DNA of 64,000 nt. It comes from Candidatus Latescibacterota bacterium (GTDB lineage: Bacteria > Krumholzibacteriota > Krumholzibacteriia > WVZY01 > JAKEHA01). Of this stretch, positions 38,271 to 47,550 are shown in pieces. The notes beneath the pieces are model-generated. The model saw only the letters and a program-made list of their open reading frames with translations. It had not been told where the DNA came from and ran no database searches. Within the stretch, counting starts at the first letter, position 1; each line of letters begins with the position of its first letter. The stretch covers positions 2,048,001-2,112,000 of the forward strand of contig OY970173.1 in NCBI GenBank assembly GCA_963707635.1, given 5' to 3'. Both the position numbers and the translations under genes were made by a program.

Positions 38271-39650
38271 GTGTCGCGACGCCTGCTCGTCATCGGCCTG
38301 GATTGCGTCACACCTGAATTGTTCTTCGGGCCGTGGTTGGAGGAAATGCCGAACCTGCGCCGGCTGATCCAGAACGGAATCCAGGCGCGTTTGGTCTCGA
38401 CGGTCCCGCCCATCACGGTCCCCGCCTGGATGGCCATGATGACCTCCCACGACCCGGGCATGCTGGGCATTTACGGCTTTCGCAATCGCGCGCGACACGA
38501 CTACGAAGACACCTACACCGTCAACGCCACCCACGTGCAGGCCCGCACGGTGTGGAACATCCTTTCCAGAAACCGGCTGCGATCGATCGTCATGGGAGTT
38601 CCGCTGACGTACCCGCCCAAGCCGCTCAACGGCTTGATGGTCGGGTGTTTCCTGACCCCGGACTCCGCCGCCGAGTTCACCTATCCCCCGGAGCTCAAGC
38701 GGCGGCTCAACACGCTGGCGGGCGGCGAGTACATCATCGACGTGAAGGATTTTCGCAACGAGCGCAAGCAGGAGACACTCGAGCAGATCGAACGCATGAC
38801 CGAACGGCGGTTTCGAGCGTTCCGCGGCCTGCTCGCGGGCGAAGAGTGGGATTTCGCGATGATGGTCGAGATGGGACCGGACCGGCTGCACCACGCTTTC
38901 TGGCGCTACTCCGATTCGGGACACCGGCTGTACGAAAAGGGCAACCCGTTCGAGGACGTCATCCACCGGTACTACCTCGAGATGGACGCCGAAATCGGCC
39001 GCACCGTCGACGCGGTGCCCGCGGACACATCGGTGATCGTCGTTTCGGACCACGGCGCCCGGCGCATGGCCGGCGCGATCTGCGTCAACGAGTTCCTGAT
39101 TCGCGAGGGCTACCTGACGCTCAAGTCGTACCCGGACCACCCGACGCGGCTCACCCCGGATCTGGTGGACTGGGATCGTACGTTGGCGTGGGGCGACGGC
39201 GGTTACTACGCGCGCGTGTTTCTCAACGTGGCCGGGCGCGAGCCCCGCGGGCAGGTGGCCCCCGACGACGCCGCGCGCGTCGGCCGCGAACTCGCGGCCA
39301 AGCTGGAGGCGCTCGGCGACGAGAACGGGCGCCCGATCGGGACGCGCGTATTCTTTCCCGGGGAGATCTATCGCGAAACGCGTGGGGTGCCGCCCGACCT
39401 GATCGTGTATCTTGGCGACCTCGAGTGGCGCAGCGCCGGAACCGTCGGACACGGCCGCGTGCACGTCTTCGAGAACGACACCGGGCCGGACGACGCGAAC
39501 CACGCCCAGGAAGGCGTCTTCGTGTGGGCGAACCGGGGCAAGGCGCCCGCGGGTCCGGTCGCGCGGGTGTCGATCTACGACGTGGCGCCCTCGATACTCG
39601 ACTACTTTTCGATACCGGCTCCGCCGGAGATGATCGGGCACGTGATTTAG
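38271..39650 (+). CDS. Alkaline-phosphatase superfamily (NPP/Phosphodiest-like) protein 1, cytoplasmic, Thr nucleophile
   Basis: IGLDC, STVPPITVPAW, DRLHH, SDHG, DDANH; no signal peptide. Confidence 0.88.
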   Translation: MSRRLLVIGLDCVTPELFFGPWLEEMPNLRRLIQNGIQARLVSTVPPITVPAWMAMMTSHDPGMLGIYGFRNRARHDYEDTYTVNATHVQARTVWNILSRNRLRSIVMGVPLTYPPKPLNGLMVGCFLTPDSAAEFTYPPELKRRLNTLAGGEYIIDVKDFRNERKQETLEQIERMTERRFRAFRGLLAGEEWDFAMMVEMGPDRLHHAFWRYSDSGHRLYEKGNPFEDVIHRYYLEMDAEIGRTVDAVPADTSVIVVSDHGARRMAGAICVNEFLIREGYLTLKSYPDHPTRLTPDLVDWDRTLAWGDGGYYARVFLNVAGREPRGQVAPDDAARVGRELAAKLEALGDENGRPIGTRVFFPGEIYRETRGVPPDLIVYLGDLEWRSAGTVGHGRVHVFENDTGPDDANHAQEGVFVWANRGKAPAGPVARVSIYDVAPSILDYFSIPAPPEMIGHVI

Positions 39651-39725
39651 CGCAACGTGCTGCGGGCGAGCCGAACGGCGGCCACCCCGCGTCGTGCCAA
39701 ACCGTAATGCTTCAACGGAGGATCT

Positions 39726-40325
39726 ATGAAAGGCTTCACGCTGTGGTTCACCGGGCTACCCTCGTCGGGCAAGTCGACGCTGGCTCGTCGCGTGGAGGAG
39801 ATCCTCCTCGAGCGCGGGATGAACGTCGAGGTCCTGGACGGGGATGAAGTCCGCGAAAACTTGAGCAAGGGGCTCGGGTTCTCGAAGGAGGACCGCGACA
39901 CCAACATCCGGCGCATTGGCTTCGTCGCCAAGCTGCTCGCGCGCAACGGCGTGGTCGCCATCACGGCGGCGATTTCGCCCTACCGCGACGTGCGCGATGA
40001 AATGCGGCGCGCGATCGGACGCTTCGTCGAGGTGTACGTCGAGTGCCCCATCGACGTGCTCAAGGAACGAGACGTCAAGGGCCTGTACAAGAAGGCGCTG
40101 GCCGGCGAGATCAAGCATTTCACCGGCGTGGACGATCCCTACGAGCCGCCGCTCAAACCCGAAGTGGTCGTGCACAGCGACCGCGAGGGCGTGGACGAGA
40201 GCGTGGCCCGGATCGTGGGAACGCTCGAAGTGCTCGGGTACATCCCGCGGGCGTCCGGGGGCGACTTCTCCGCCGCCGAAGAGGAAACCATCAAACGCCG
40301 GCTTAAGGATCTCGGCTACATCTGA
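39726..40325 (+). CDS. cysC: Adenylyl-sulfate (APS) kinase with C-terminal RLKDLGYI extension
   Basis: [50 protein letters not shown]. Confidence 0.96.
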   Translation: MKGFTLWFTGLPSSGKSTLARRVEEILLERGMNVEVLDGDEVRENLSKGLGFSKEDRDTNIRRIGFVAKLLARNGVVAITAAISPYRDVRDEMRRAIGRFVEVYVECPIDVLKERDVKGLYKKALAGEIKHFTGVDDPYEPPLKPEVVVHSDREGVDESVARIVGTLEVLGYIPRASGGDFSAAEEETIKRRLKDLGYI

Positions 40326-40330
40326 CCCCC

Positions 40331-41657
40331 ATGCTCAAGTGGTTTCAGCAACCGGCGGAGCGGGCCTGCGTCGTCGGACTCGACGGCGTTCCCTGCTCGA
40401 TGATCCGGCGCTTCACGCAATCCGGCGTCATGCCCCGCATGGCGGAAATCGTGGCCCGGGGCGCCCTGCGCGAAACCACCGTGTCGCTGCCCGAGATCTC
40501 TTCCGTCAGCTGGTCGTCGTTCATGACCGGCAAGAACCCGGGTGAGCACGGCATCTTCGGATTCACCGATTTGCACCCGGGGACCTACACGCAGAGCTTC
40601 CCGAGTTTTCGCGACCTCAAGTGCGACACCATCTGGGACCGCCTCGGCGAGCGCAAGATGCGCAGCGTCGTGATCAACCAGCCCGCGACCTATCCGGCGC
40701 GGCCGATCCACGGCGTGCTGGTGTCGGGCTTCGTCGCGGTTCACCTCGACCGCTCCGTGTTTCCCGCGCGCTATCTGCGCCTGCTGCGCGACATCAACTA
40801 CGAGATCGACCTCGACGCAGAGGTCGTGCGCGACAACCCGACGGCCCTGTTCCGCAAGCTGCACGAGTTGCTCATCGCGCGCGAGCGGTTGCTGGACGCG
40901 CTGTGGACGGAAGAGAAATGGAACCTGATGCAGGTGGTGGTCACCGGAACCGACCGCCTGCACCACTTCCTCTTCGACGCATACGACGACGCGGCCCACC
41001 CGGAGCACCAGGGTTTTCTCGACTACTATCGAGCGGTGGACGCGTTCGTCGGGCGCGTTTACGACCGCTTTGCCGCCTCCGGCGACGGGCGAAACTTCTT
41101 CGTCCTTTCCGACCACGGGTTTTGCCGCACGAGCCACGAGGTGAACGTCAACGCCGTCCTGGAGCAGAACGGGCTGCTCGCCTTCGCGACGGCCGACGCG
41201 ACCGGGCTGGACGGAATCTCCGAGCGCGCGGCGGCGTTCGCGCTGGACCCCGCGCGCCTCTATGTCCACCGCCGCGGCCGCTTCCCCCGCGGTGGGGTGG
41301 CCGAGGATCGCGTCGAGGGCGTCCTCGACGAGCTCACGGCCCTGTTCACGTCGCTGCGCGCACGAGGGAGAGCCGGTCGTGCGCCGGATCTTTCGCGGGC
41401 GCGATGTGTACCATGGCAGTGAAGCGGCCCGCGGTCCGGACCTGTTGCTCGTTCCCGTCAACGGGTTCGACCTGAAGGGGCGCGTGCGCGCGCGCGAGGT
41501 GGTGGCTCCCCGCCGTCTCCAGGGCATGCACACCTGGGACGACGCGTTCGTGGCCACGCTGCGCACGGACCTCGTCCCCCAGGGCCGCGAGCTGACGCTG
41601 CTGGACGTGCCGCGGATGATTCTCAAGAGCCTCCATGTCGAACCGATGGATTCGTAG
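40331..41657 (+). CDS. Alkaline-phosphatase superfamily protein 2, cytoplasmic, Ser nucleophile; apparent +1 frameshift near 41360
   Basis: VGLDG, SLPEISSVSW, DRLHH, SDHG in ORF 40331-41422. C-terminus (RRIFRGRDVYHG...GPDL...GMH...LLDVPRMIL) continues in ORF 41262-41657. Confidence 0.82.
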
Positions 41658-43689
41658 CATCGCCGTCGTGACGCTGGCGCTGTGGCCGACCGCGGCGTTC
41701 GCCTACATCGGGCCCGGCGCCGGCTTCGCGCTGGTGTCGTCGTTCGTGACGCTGGTGGTGGCGTTCGGGGCCGCGTTCTTTGCGGTGTTCGCGCTGCCGG
41801 TGCGCGTGCTCGTGCGGCAGTGGAAGCGGCGCCGCTCACTCCGGCACGCGCGCGTGAAGAAGGTGATCGTGCTCGGCCTGGACGGGCTCGACCCCGACAT
41901 CTGCGAGGCACTGTTCGCGCGCGGGGACCTTCCCCACCTGCGCAAACTCCGCGACGAAGGGACCTACCGCCGGCTGGGCACGTCGATGCCCGCCCTCTCG
42001 CCGGTCGCGTGGTCGACCTTCGCCACCGGCGCCGACCCGTCGCGACACGGAATATTCGACTTCGTGGCGCGCGATCCCCGCACCTACGCCCCGCACCTTT
42101 CGTCGAGCGAAGTGTACGGACGCACCCGTTTCATCGGCGTCGGACGGCTCCGGTTCCCGGTTTCGAGCGGCGGCGTGCGCGGATTCCGGCGCAGCCGGAC
42201 GTTCTGGCGGGTGCTTTCCGACCACGGCGTGGCCTCCTCCGTCCTGCGGGTTCCGATCACATTTCCGGTCGAGAAGATCGACGGTGTGATGATCGCCGGC
42301 ATGTGCGTGCCGGATCTGCGCGGCACCCAGGGATCGTTCACGTTCATCACCAGCGACTCCGAGTCGCCCCCGCGCGGCGGGGTCGTGATCGACGTGCCCG
42401 CGTCGGGAGGTGCCGTCGTCATCCCCGGCCCCGCGAGCCCGATCGACGGCAAGCCGATTTCGGTGCGTGTCGAGATCCGTCGCACACGCGACGCCGGCCA
42501 CGAGCTCGTCGTGGGGCGGGAGCGCGTGGCGCTGCGCGAGCGGGAATACACGCCCTGGGTGAGACTCGCCTTTCGCGCCGCGCGCGGGCTGACCGCCAGC
42601 GGCATCGCGCGCTTCTATCCCGTGCGCCTGGCCGACGGCCTCGCCATCTACGTGACGCCGATTCACGTCGACCCGGAGCACCCGGCGATTCCGATCTCGC
42701 ATCCGTCGGTGTTTTCAGTCTACCTGGCGAAGCTCATGGGGCCGTTCGGGACCCTCGGGCTGGCGGAGGACACCAGCGCGCTCAACGACGGAGCCATCGA
42801 CGAGCAGGCCTTTCTCGACCAGGCCTACGACCTGCACGCGGAGCGACGCGCCATGTGGGAGCACGCGCTGGCGCGGCTGCGCGGCGGCCTGGCGGTGTGC
42901 GTGTTCGATATCAGCGATCGCCTCCAGCACATGTTCTTTCGCTATCGCGACCCGGCCCATCCAGCCAACGCGGGCCGCGACGTGACGCGCCACGCGGACG
43001 CGATTCACGAGATGTACCGGCGCATGGACACCCTGGTCGGTGAGACGATCGCGCGGGTGGATCGCCACACGGCGCTGTTCGTGATGTCGGACCACGGCTT
43101 CAAGCAGTTCCGCCGCGGCGTCAACCTCAACGGGTGGCTCGCGCGCGCCGGGCTGCTCGCGGTCAAGGAAGGCGCCGGACCCGGCGAGTACCTGAGCGCA
43201 ATCGACTGGAGCCGGACCCGGGCGTACGCGCTGGGGTTGAGCGGCATCTACCTGAACCTGCGCGGCCGCGAGCGGGACGGCATCGTAGACGCCGCCGACG
43301 CGGACGGCCTGAAGCAAACTATCATTCGCGGGCTCACCGCGCTGCGCGATGGCGACGGTCCCGTCATCCGCCGGGTCGTCGACGTGGCGCGCGACCTCGA
43401 CGGTCCCTATCGCGATGGCGGGCCCGACCTGCTGCCGGGCTACGAGGACGGTTACCGCGTGTCGTGGGACTGCGCCAAGGGATCGGTGCGCGACGAGTTG
43501 TTCGAAGACAACACGAAGTGCTGGAGCGGCGATCATTGCGTGGACTCCGACATCGTCCCCGGCGTCCTGTTCACGAACGTCGCGCTGGACGAGGGGCCGA
43601 TCGGGCTGGAAGACGTCGGCCCGACCATTCTGGATCTCTTCGGCGTGCCGGTTCCTTCCTATATGACCGGACGGAGCCGGGCGAAATGA
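41635..43689 (+). CDS. Alkaline-phosphatase superfamily protein 3, membrane-anchored (signal-YIGPG-TM), Ser nucleophile
   Basis: AFA|YIGPGAG + TM + RQWKRRR; LGLDG, TSMPALSPVAW, DRLQH, SDHG, WSGDH. Confidence 0.88.
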   Translation: MSNRWIRSIAVVTLALWPTAAFAYIGPGAGFALVSSFVTLVVAFGAAFFAVFALPVRVLVRQWKRRRSLRHARVKKVIVLGLDGLDPDICEALFARGDLPHLRKLRDEGTYRRLGTSMPALSPVAWSTFATGADPSRHGIFDFVARDPRTYAPHLSSSEVYGRTRFIGVGRLRFPVSSGGVRGFRRSRTFWRVLSDHGVASSVLRVPITFPVEKIDGVMIAGMCVPDLRGTQGSFTFITSDSESPPRGGVVIDVPASGGAVVIPGPASPIDGKPISVRVEIRRTRDAGHELVVGRERVALREREYTPWVRLAFRAARGLTASGIARFYPVRLADGLAIYVTPIHVDPEHPAIPISHPSVFSVYLAKLMGPFGTLGLAEDTSALNDGAIDEQAFLDQAYDLHAERRAMWEHALARLRGGLAVCVFDISDRLQHMFFRYRDPAHPANAGRDVTRHADAIHEMYRRMDTLVGETIARVDRHTALFVMSDHGFKQFRRGVNLNGWLARAGLLAVKEGAGPGEYLSAIDWSRTRAYALGLSGIYLNLRGRERDGIVDAADADGLKQTIIRGLTALRDGDGPVIRRVVDVARDLDGPYRDGGPDLLPGYEDGYRVSWDCAKGSVRDELFEDNTKCWSGDHCVDSDIVPGVLFTNVALDEGPIGLEDVGPTILDLFGVPVPSYMTGRSRAK

Positions 43690-45626
43690 AGGGTCTCATC
43701 GGCGCGCTGCTGGTCGCGATGCTGGCGACGCCGGCCGCCGCGGCCGGCGAGCATCCCTCGGTGGTCGTGCTCGGCATCGACGGCATGGACCCCGATCTGC
43801 TGACAAGATTCATGTCCGAAGGGCGCATGCCGAATTTTTCCGCGTTGATCGCGGAGGGATCGTTCACGCGACTGGAGACGTCGATTCCCCCGCAGAGCCC
43901 GGTCGCGTGGTCGAACTTCATCACCGGCATGGACCCGGGCGGCCACGGCATCTTCGACTTCATCCACCGCGACCCCGCCACTTATACCCCGGTGTTTTCC
44001 GCCGCCGACATCGAGGAGCCGTCGAAGACTCTCTCACTCGGCGACTGGCTGCTCCCCTTGTCGGGGGGCGGCACGGTGCTGCTGCGCAAGGGCGAGGCGT
44101 TCTGGCAGGTGCTGGACCGCGCGGGAATTCCGTGCACGGTAATCCGCGTGCCGGCCAACTATCCACCTGCGAAGACGTCGGCGCGCACGCTCTCGGGGAT
44201 GGGCACACCGGACCTGCTCGGGAGCTACGGCACCTTTACGCTCTACACCGACGACGACATATGGCGCGGCGCCCACGTGAGCGGCGGGCGCGTGGTGATG
44301 GTCGACCGGGTGGACGACCGGGCGCGAATTCAGATCGAGGGGCCGAAGAACTCGTTGCGCAAGAGCCAGCCGACGCTGGCGCGGGAAGCCGTGGTCGACG
44401 TCGACCCCGAGCACGATGCGGCCCGGATCGCGGTCGGTGGCGAGGAGATCGTGCTCCACGCCGCAGAGTGGAGCGGCTGGGTCCCCATCGACTTCGACGT
44501 GCTCGGGCCGGTGAAGAAGCTCCGCGGCATGTGTCGATTCTATTTGAAGAGCGTGCGCCCGTCACTCCAGCTCTACGTGTCGCCTCTGAACCTAGACCCG
44601 CTGCACCCGGCGCTTCCCATCTCCACACCCGAAGACTATTGCGCCGACCTGGCGCGGCGGGTCGGGCGCTACTACACGCAGGGGATCGCGGAAGACACCA
44701 AGGCGCTCGAAGCGGGCGCGCTGAACGACGCGGAGTTCGTGGAGCTGACCGATACGCTGCTCTCGGAGCGCGAGCGCATGCTCGACGCGGTCCTCTCGGA
44801 TTATCGCGACGGCTTCTTGTTCTTCTACGTGTCGACCATCGACCAGTCGTGCCACGCCCTGTGGCGCAATGCGGACGCGGCGCACCCCGCCCACCCGGCG
44901 GACGGCGCGTTCGCGGACCGCTTCGCGACCCTCTACGCAGAAATGGATCGCGTGCTGGGAACGATTCGCGCGCGTATTCCCCGCGACGCCACCATGATCG
45001 TCATGTCCGACCACGGCTTTGCGCCCTACTACCAGAAGGTGCACTTGAACACCTGGCTGTACCGCAACGGGTACCTCGCCCTCGTGCGTGCGGACGAACC
45101 CGGGGGCCCGCTGTTCGGCAACGTGTTTTGGCGCCGCACGCGGGCCTACGCGGCGGGCCTCAACGGGCTCTACCTGAACGTGGCCGGCCGGGAGGCGCGC
45201 GGGATCGTCGCGCGCGGCGCGGAATACGACGATCTCCTGGCCGAGATCGCGACGAAGCTGCTCGAGTTTCGCGACCCCGAAAACGGCGAACGGGTGGTGA
45301 CGACCGTCTATCGGGCCCGCGACGTCTACCACGGATCGGAGGTGGGTGCGGCTCCCGACCTGATCGTGGGGTACAATCGTGGGTACCGGTCGAGCGACGA
45401 TTCGGCGCTGGGGACGGTCACCTCGGAGCTGCTGACCCCCAACCTCGGCAAATGGACCGGCGACCATTGCATGGACCATCACCTCGTGCCCGGAATCCTG
45501 GTGTGCAACCGGCCGCTGCGCGCGGGCGACCCGCGGCTGATCGACCTGCCCGTCACGATCCTGGCGCTGTTCGGCGTGGACGCGCCGGCCGCGATGACGG
45601 GCCGGGCGCTGATCGACACCCCCTGA
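43686..45626 (+). CDS. Alkaline-phosphatase superfamily protein 4, Sec signal peptide, Ser nucleophile
   Basis: MKGLIGALLVAMLATPAAAA|; LGIDG, TSIPPQSPVAW, DQSCH, SDHG, WTGDH. ATGA overlap with protein 3, and clearly paralogous to it. Confidence 0.88.
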   Translation: MKGLIGALLVAMLATPAAAAGEHPSVVVLGIDGMDPDLLTRFMSEGRMPNFSALIAEGSFTRLETSIPPQSPVAWSNFITGMDPGGHGIFDFIHRDPATYTPVFSAADIEEPSKTLSLGDWLLPLSGGGTVLLRKGEAFWQVLDRAGIPCTVIRVPANYPPAKTSARTLSGMGTPDLLGSYGTFTLYTDDDIWRGAHVSGGRVVMVDRVDDRARIQIEGPKNSLRKSQPTLAREAVVDVDPEHDAARIAVGGEEIVLHAAEWSGWVPIDFDVLGPVKKLRGMCRFYLKSVRPSLQLYVSPLNLDPLHPALPISTPEDYCADLARRVGRYYTQGIAEDTKALEAGALNDAEFVELTDTLLSERERMLDAVLSDYRDGFLFFYVSTIDQSCHALWRNADAAHPAHPADGAFADRFATLYAEMDRVLGTIRARIPRDATMIVMSDHGFAPYYQKVHLNTWLYRNGYLALVRADEPGGPLFGNVFWRRTRAYAAGLNGLYLNVAGREARGIVARGAEYDDLLAEIATKLLEFRDPENGERVVTTVYRARDVYHGSEVGAAPDLIVGYNRGYRSSDDSALGTVTSELLTPNLGKWTGDHCMDHHLVPGILVCNRPLRAGDPRLIDLPVTILALFGVDAPAAMTGRALIDTP

Positions 45627-45646
45627 CGGAATCAAAGGAGACACCC

Positions 45647-45838
45647 ATGTTCGGAAAGAATCGAGTTACCCTCGAAAAGGATCTGTTCGAGCGCGTGCGC
45701 GCGGCCTCGGAGAAGGCAGGGTACGCGTCGGCCGACGAGTTCGTCGCCCACGTGCTCGAACGCGAGCTCGCGAAAACGGAAGCGGGGTCGAGCGGCGACG
45801 TGAAGAAGCAGCTCGAGGGCCTCGGCTACATTTCCTGA
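45647..45838 (+). CDS. Second small RHH-like protein with C-terminal QLEGLGYI peptide
   Basis: AAGGAG SD; MFGKNRVTLEKDLFERVRAASEKAGYASADEFVAHVLERELAKTEAGSSGDVKKQLEGLGYIS. Not called separately in the ORF track. Confidence 0.78.
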   Translation: MFGKNRVTLEKDLFERVRAASEKAGYASADEFVAHVLERELAKTEAGSSGDVKKQLEGLGYIS

Positions 45839-45839
45839 C

Positions 45840-46661
45840 GTGTTCCTGCTCGCGCGCATCGTGACCCTCGTCTTCGACGCGCTGGTGGCGCCGTTCGGCT
45901 CCCATCGGCTCGCCGCGCTGCTGGCGGTTTCCCTGCTGGGCGGGGCAATGCTCGCGCTGGTTTTTCGCGCGACCTCGAAGCAGGCCGCCATCGGCCGTTC
46001 GCGCGAGCGGTTCAAGGCGCGGATACTCGAGATGCGTCTCTACCCGGACGACATCGTCCTGATCACGCGCGCGTTCGGGGGCGCACTCGCCGCGCAGGGT
46101 GCGTATCTCAAGTACGCCGCGCCCGGGATCCTGGCAGCGGTCGTGCTCGCCGCCCCGCTGTTCGTACAACTCGAGCAGCGCTTCGCCTCCCGCGCGCTCC
46201 CGCCCGGGAGCCGCACGCTGGTCACGGCGACGCTGGCGGAGGGCACCGACCCGCGCGCGGTCGTCACCTCGCTTTCCGGACCCGCCGGGACCGAGGTGGA
46301 CGCACGCTCGCTGCGCGCGAGGGCATCGCGCGACGTCGTGTGGGTCGTGGATGTCCGGGAGCGCGGCCGCCACGAGATGGAGCTCACGCTGGGAGCGCAG
46401 GCGTATCGATTCCCCATCGAGGCGAAGGAATCGTGCCGCGCGATCGGTCGACGACGAAGCGCGGGTTCCTGGGTCGACGCGGGGACGCAGGTCGGGCTGC
46501 CCGGGATCGCGGCGGGGGGCCCCATAGCAGGGGTTCGCATCCATTACCCGGCCGCGCACTATCGACTGCTGGGGATCGGGATGAACTGGCTGGCTGTATT
46601 CCTGATCGGGACTCTGGTGGGCGCGGTCCTGCCGGCGCGGCTGTTGAGAATCCACCTCTAG
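45840..46661 (+). CDS. Membrane protein, possibly DUF106/EMC3/TMCO1-like, with an inserted beta-rich domain
   Basis: Amphipathic N-helix (FDALVAPF), TM1, basic coiled region, TM2, about 120-aa soluble segment, C-terminal TM WLAVFLIGTLVG...RLLRI. Confidence 0.6.
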   Translation: MFLLARIVTLVFDALVAPFGSHRLAALLAVSLLGGAMLALVFRATSKQAAIGRSRERFKARILEMRLYPDDIVLITRAFGGALAAQGAYLKYAAPGILAAVVLAAPLFVQLEQRFASRALPPGSRTLVTATLAEGTDPRAVVTSLSGPAGTEVDARSLRARASRDVVWVVDVRERGRHEMELTLGAQAYRFPIEAKESCRAIGRRRSAGSWVDAGTQVGLPGIAAGGPIAGVRIHYPAAHYRLLGIGMNWLAVFLIGTLVGAVLPARLLRIHL

Positions 46662-46678
46662 GCGCGACTGGCGGCAAG

Positions 46679-46771
46679 TGGTGCCGGAGGCCGGAGTCGA
46701 ACCGGCACGGGGCTTTCAAAGGCCCCAGCGGATTTTAAGTCCGCTGCGTCTACCAATTCCGCCACTCCGGC
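46679..46771 (-). tRNA. tRNA-Leu (TAA)
   Basis: GCCGGAG...GCGGA-CT-TAA-AA-TCCGC, long variable arm, GGTTCGACTCC, CTCCGGC-A-CCA. Confidence 0.96.
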
Positions 46772-46819
46772 GTCGGGCGGTCGCCTACTCTCTTAACCCA
46801 AATCGACCGCCCGATCCAG

Positions 46820-47272
46820 TTAGTCCTGCGGCACCCGCTTGCCCGTCGGGGCTTCGGCCGGGGTGGTGGCGATATTCTGTTCGTCGCGCAGGGCGGGACC
46901 TCCGTACCGCTGGCGCAGCATGCTCCAGCTGTCCAGAACCCCTCCCTTGAACGACAACGCATACTCGATGGCATCTCCCGAGTTCTCGTCGGTGTCGATG
47001 TACACCCATCGCTCGGCGGCGTCCTCGTTGCGGGCGCGGCGCTCGGGGCTACCCCACGAGGCCAGCACGCCGAACGGATCCATGCCCTTGACGACCTCAC
47101 CGCGCTCCACGTTTCCGCGGAACGGCGTGTCCGGATTCATGGCGAAATACTCCGCGCGCAGATCGGCGAGACGGTCGGGACGAGGGTCACGCGTGAGCTG
47201 CAATGACGACGCGCATCCGACGACGAGAACCAGCAGAGAAACCGACAAGAGCCTGTGTGGGGCTCGGCGCAT
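46820..47272 (-). CDS. Lipoprotein (SmpA/BamE-like fold possible)
   Basis: Lipobox LVVG-C; KGMD...V..SWGSP...ERWVY...F..GVL pattern. Confidence 0.65.
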   Translation of the reverse strand: MRRAPHRLLSVSLLVLVVGCASSLQLTRDPRPDRLADLRAEYFAMNPDTPFRGNVERGEVVKGMDPFGVLASWGSPERRARNEDAAERWVYIDTDENSGDAIEYALSFKGGVLDSWSMLRQRYGGPALRDEQNIATTPAEAPTGKRVPQD

Positions 47273-47550
47273 GACGGCCTCCTTCCTGCAAAGGAAGCCA
47301 GCGACGAGTAGCGAGCCCGCCGCCGGCGGACTTCGCAGTAGTTAAAACGCGGCCTACTACCCCACCAGTGTGGCACCACTCGCGGCGGCTGTCAATGCGC
47401 TACGTCTGTGTGGGTGGCACCGATTCCACCAACTCGCTGTCGTGACGTGACTTCGCGTCACGACCCCGCCCGCCCTGACACCTTGCTCACCCGCCGCCTT
47501 GCTCAGCCTCGCCATTGTGGTGCGGCGGAACGTCTGTCTATAATGCCCGG

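Noticed and set aside
37107..40325. Assimilatory or dissimilatory sulfate reduction
   Set aside because: No cysH, sulfite reductase, aprAB, qmo or dsr genes adjacent; these could still lie elsewhere in the genome.
38271..45626. AlkP genes as formylglycine-dependent sulfatases
   Set aside because: No C/S-x-P-x-R signature and no maturation enzyme nearby.
36800..46771. sat/AlkP operon as an island integrated at the tRNA-Leu 3' end
   Set aside because: It abuts the tRNA, but I found no integrase, no duplicated tRNA 3' end and no obvious compositional shift.
46679..46771. bldA-like regulation by tRNA-Leu(TAA)
   Set aside because: A UAA tRNA is standard, and TTA codon distribution cannot be assessed from this window.
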